Source: Eledone cirrhosa
Lineage: Eukaryota
DNA length: 64,000 nucleotides
NCBI GenBank assembly: GCA_964016885.1
Contig: CAXHJY010001687.1
Coordinates: forward strand, 124,001 to 188,000
Direction of reading: 5' to 3'
This document shows positions 63,866 to 64,000 of the stretch, in pieces. A model generated the notes under the pieces. The model made no database searches and was not told the origin of the DNA. It saw only the letters and a list, made by a program, of their open reading frames with translations. Position numbers and translations under genes: made by a program. How positions within the stretch are numbered: the first letter of the stretch is position 1; every line of letters begins with the position of its first letter.

Positions 63866-64000
63866 ATATAAGATCAAAAGATGGTTAAAGGAGTTCCATG
63901 TATTTTATTATGCGCATTTCAAAAACAAACATCATCATGCAATAATATTTGTGTTTTCATCAGATAAAACAGGAGAACATGATATGAAGGCTAAAAAACA
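63866..64000 (-). mobile_element. PLE-type 3' end with HHR 63901-63969, running off the window
   Basis: ttttat-CTGATGA-aaac..gtttt t-GAAA-tgcgca-TA-ataaaa. Confidence 0.8.

Overview
Eukaryotic, gene-free, repeat-only window. The SINE types suggest an invertebrate, probably an octopus or other cephalopod (inference). It reads as one heavily interrupted (AT)n microsatellite field holding about 50 retroelement insertions. These include Penelope-like elements (PLEs: four Naiad-like RT/GIY-YIG families and one other clade), many non-coding PLE-type repeats with 470-660 bp units, and about 16 families of minimal hammerhead ribozyme (HHR). It also holds at least three RTE LINE families, a CR1/L2-group LINE, CORE- and Nin/Deu-type SINEs and one mariner. 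No host gene is evident, and the 'IYIY' ORFs are microsatellite artefacts. Main discovery candidate: in at least 7 otherwise unalignable PLE-type families, the 3' insertion junction lies just upstream (mostly 2-8 nt) of one covarying RNA hairpin, RCUC-[helix-loop-helix]-U(A/C/U) bulge-GAGY. This looks like a shared cis signal that positions internal initiation of reverse transcription on (AT)n targets and lets non-coding ribozyme repeats borrow the PLE machinery. All RNA structures were read by eye, and coordinates are approximate to a few nt.
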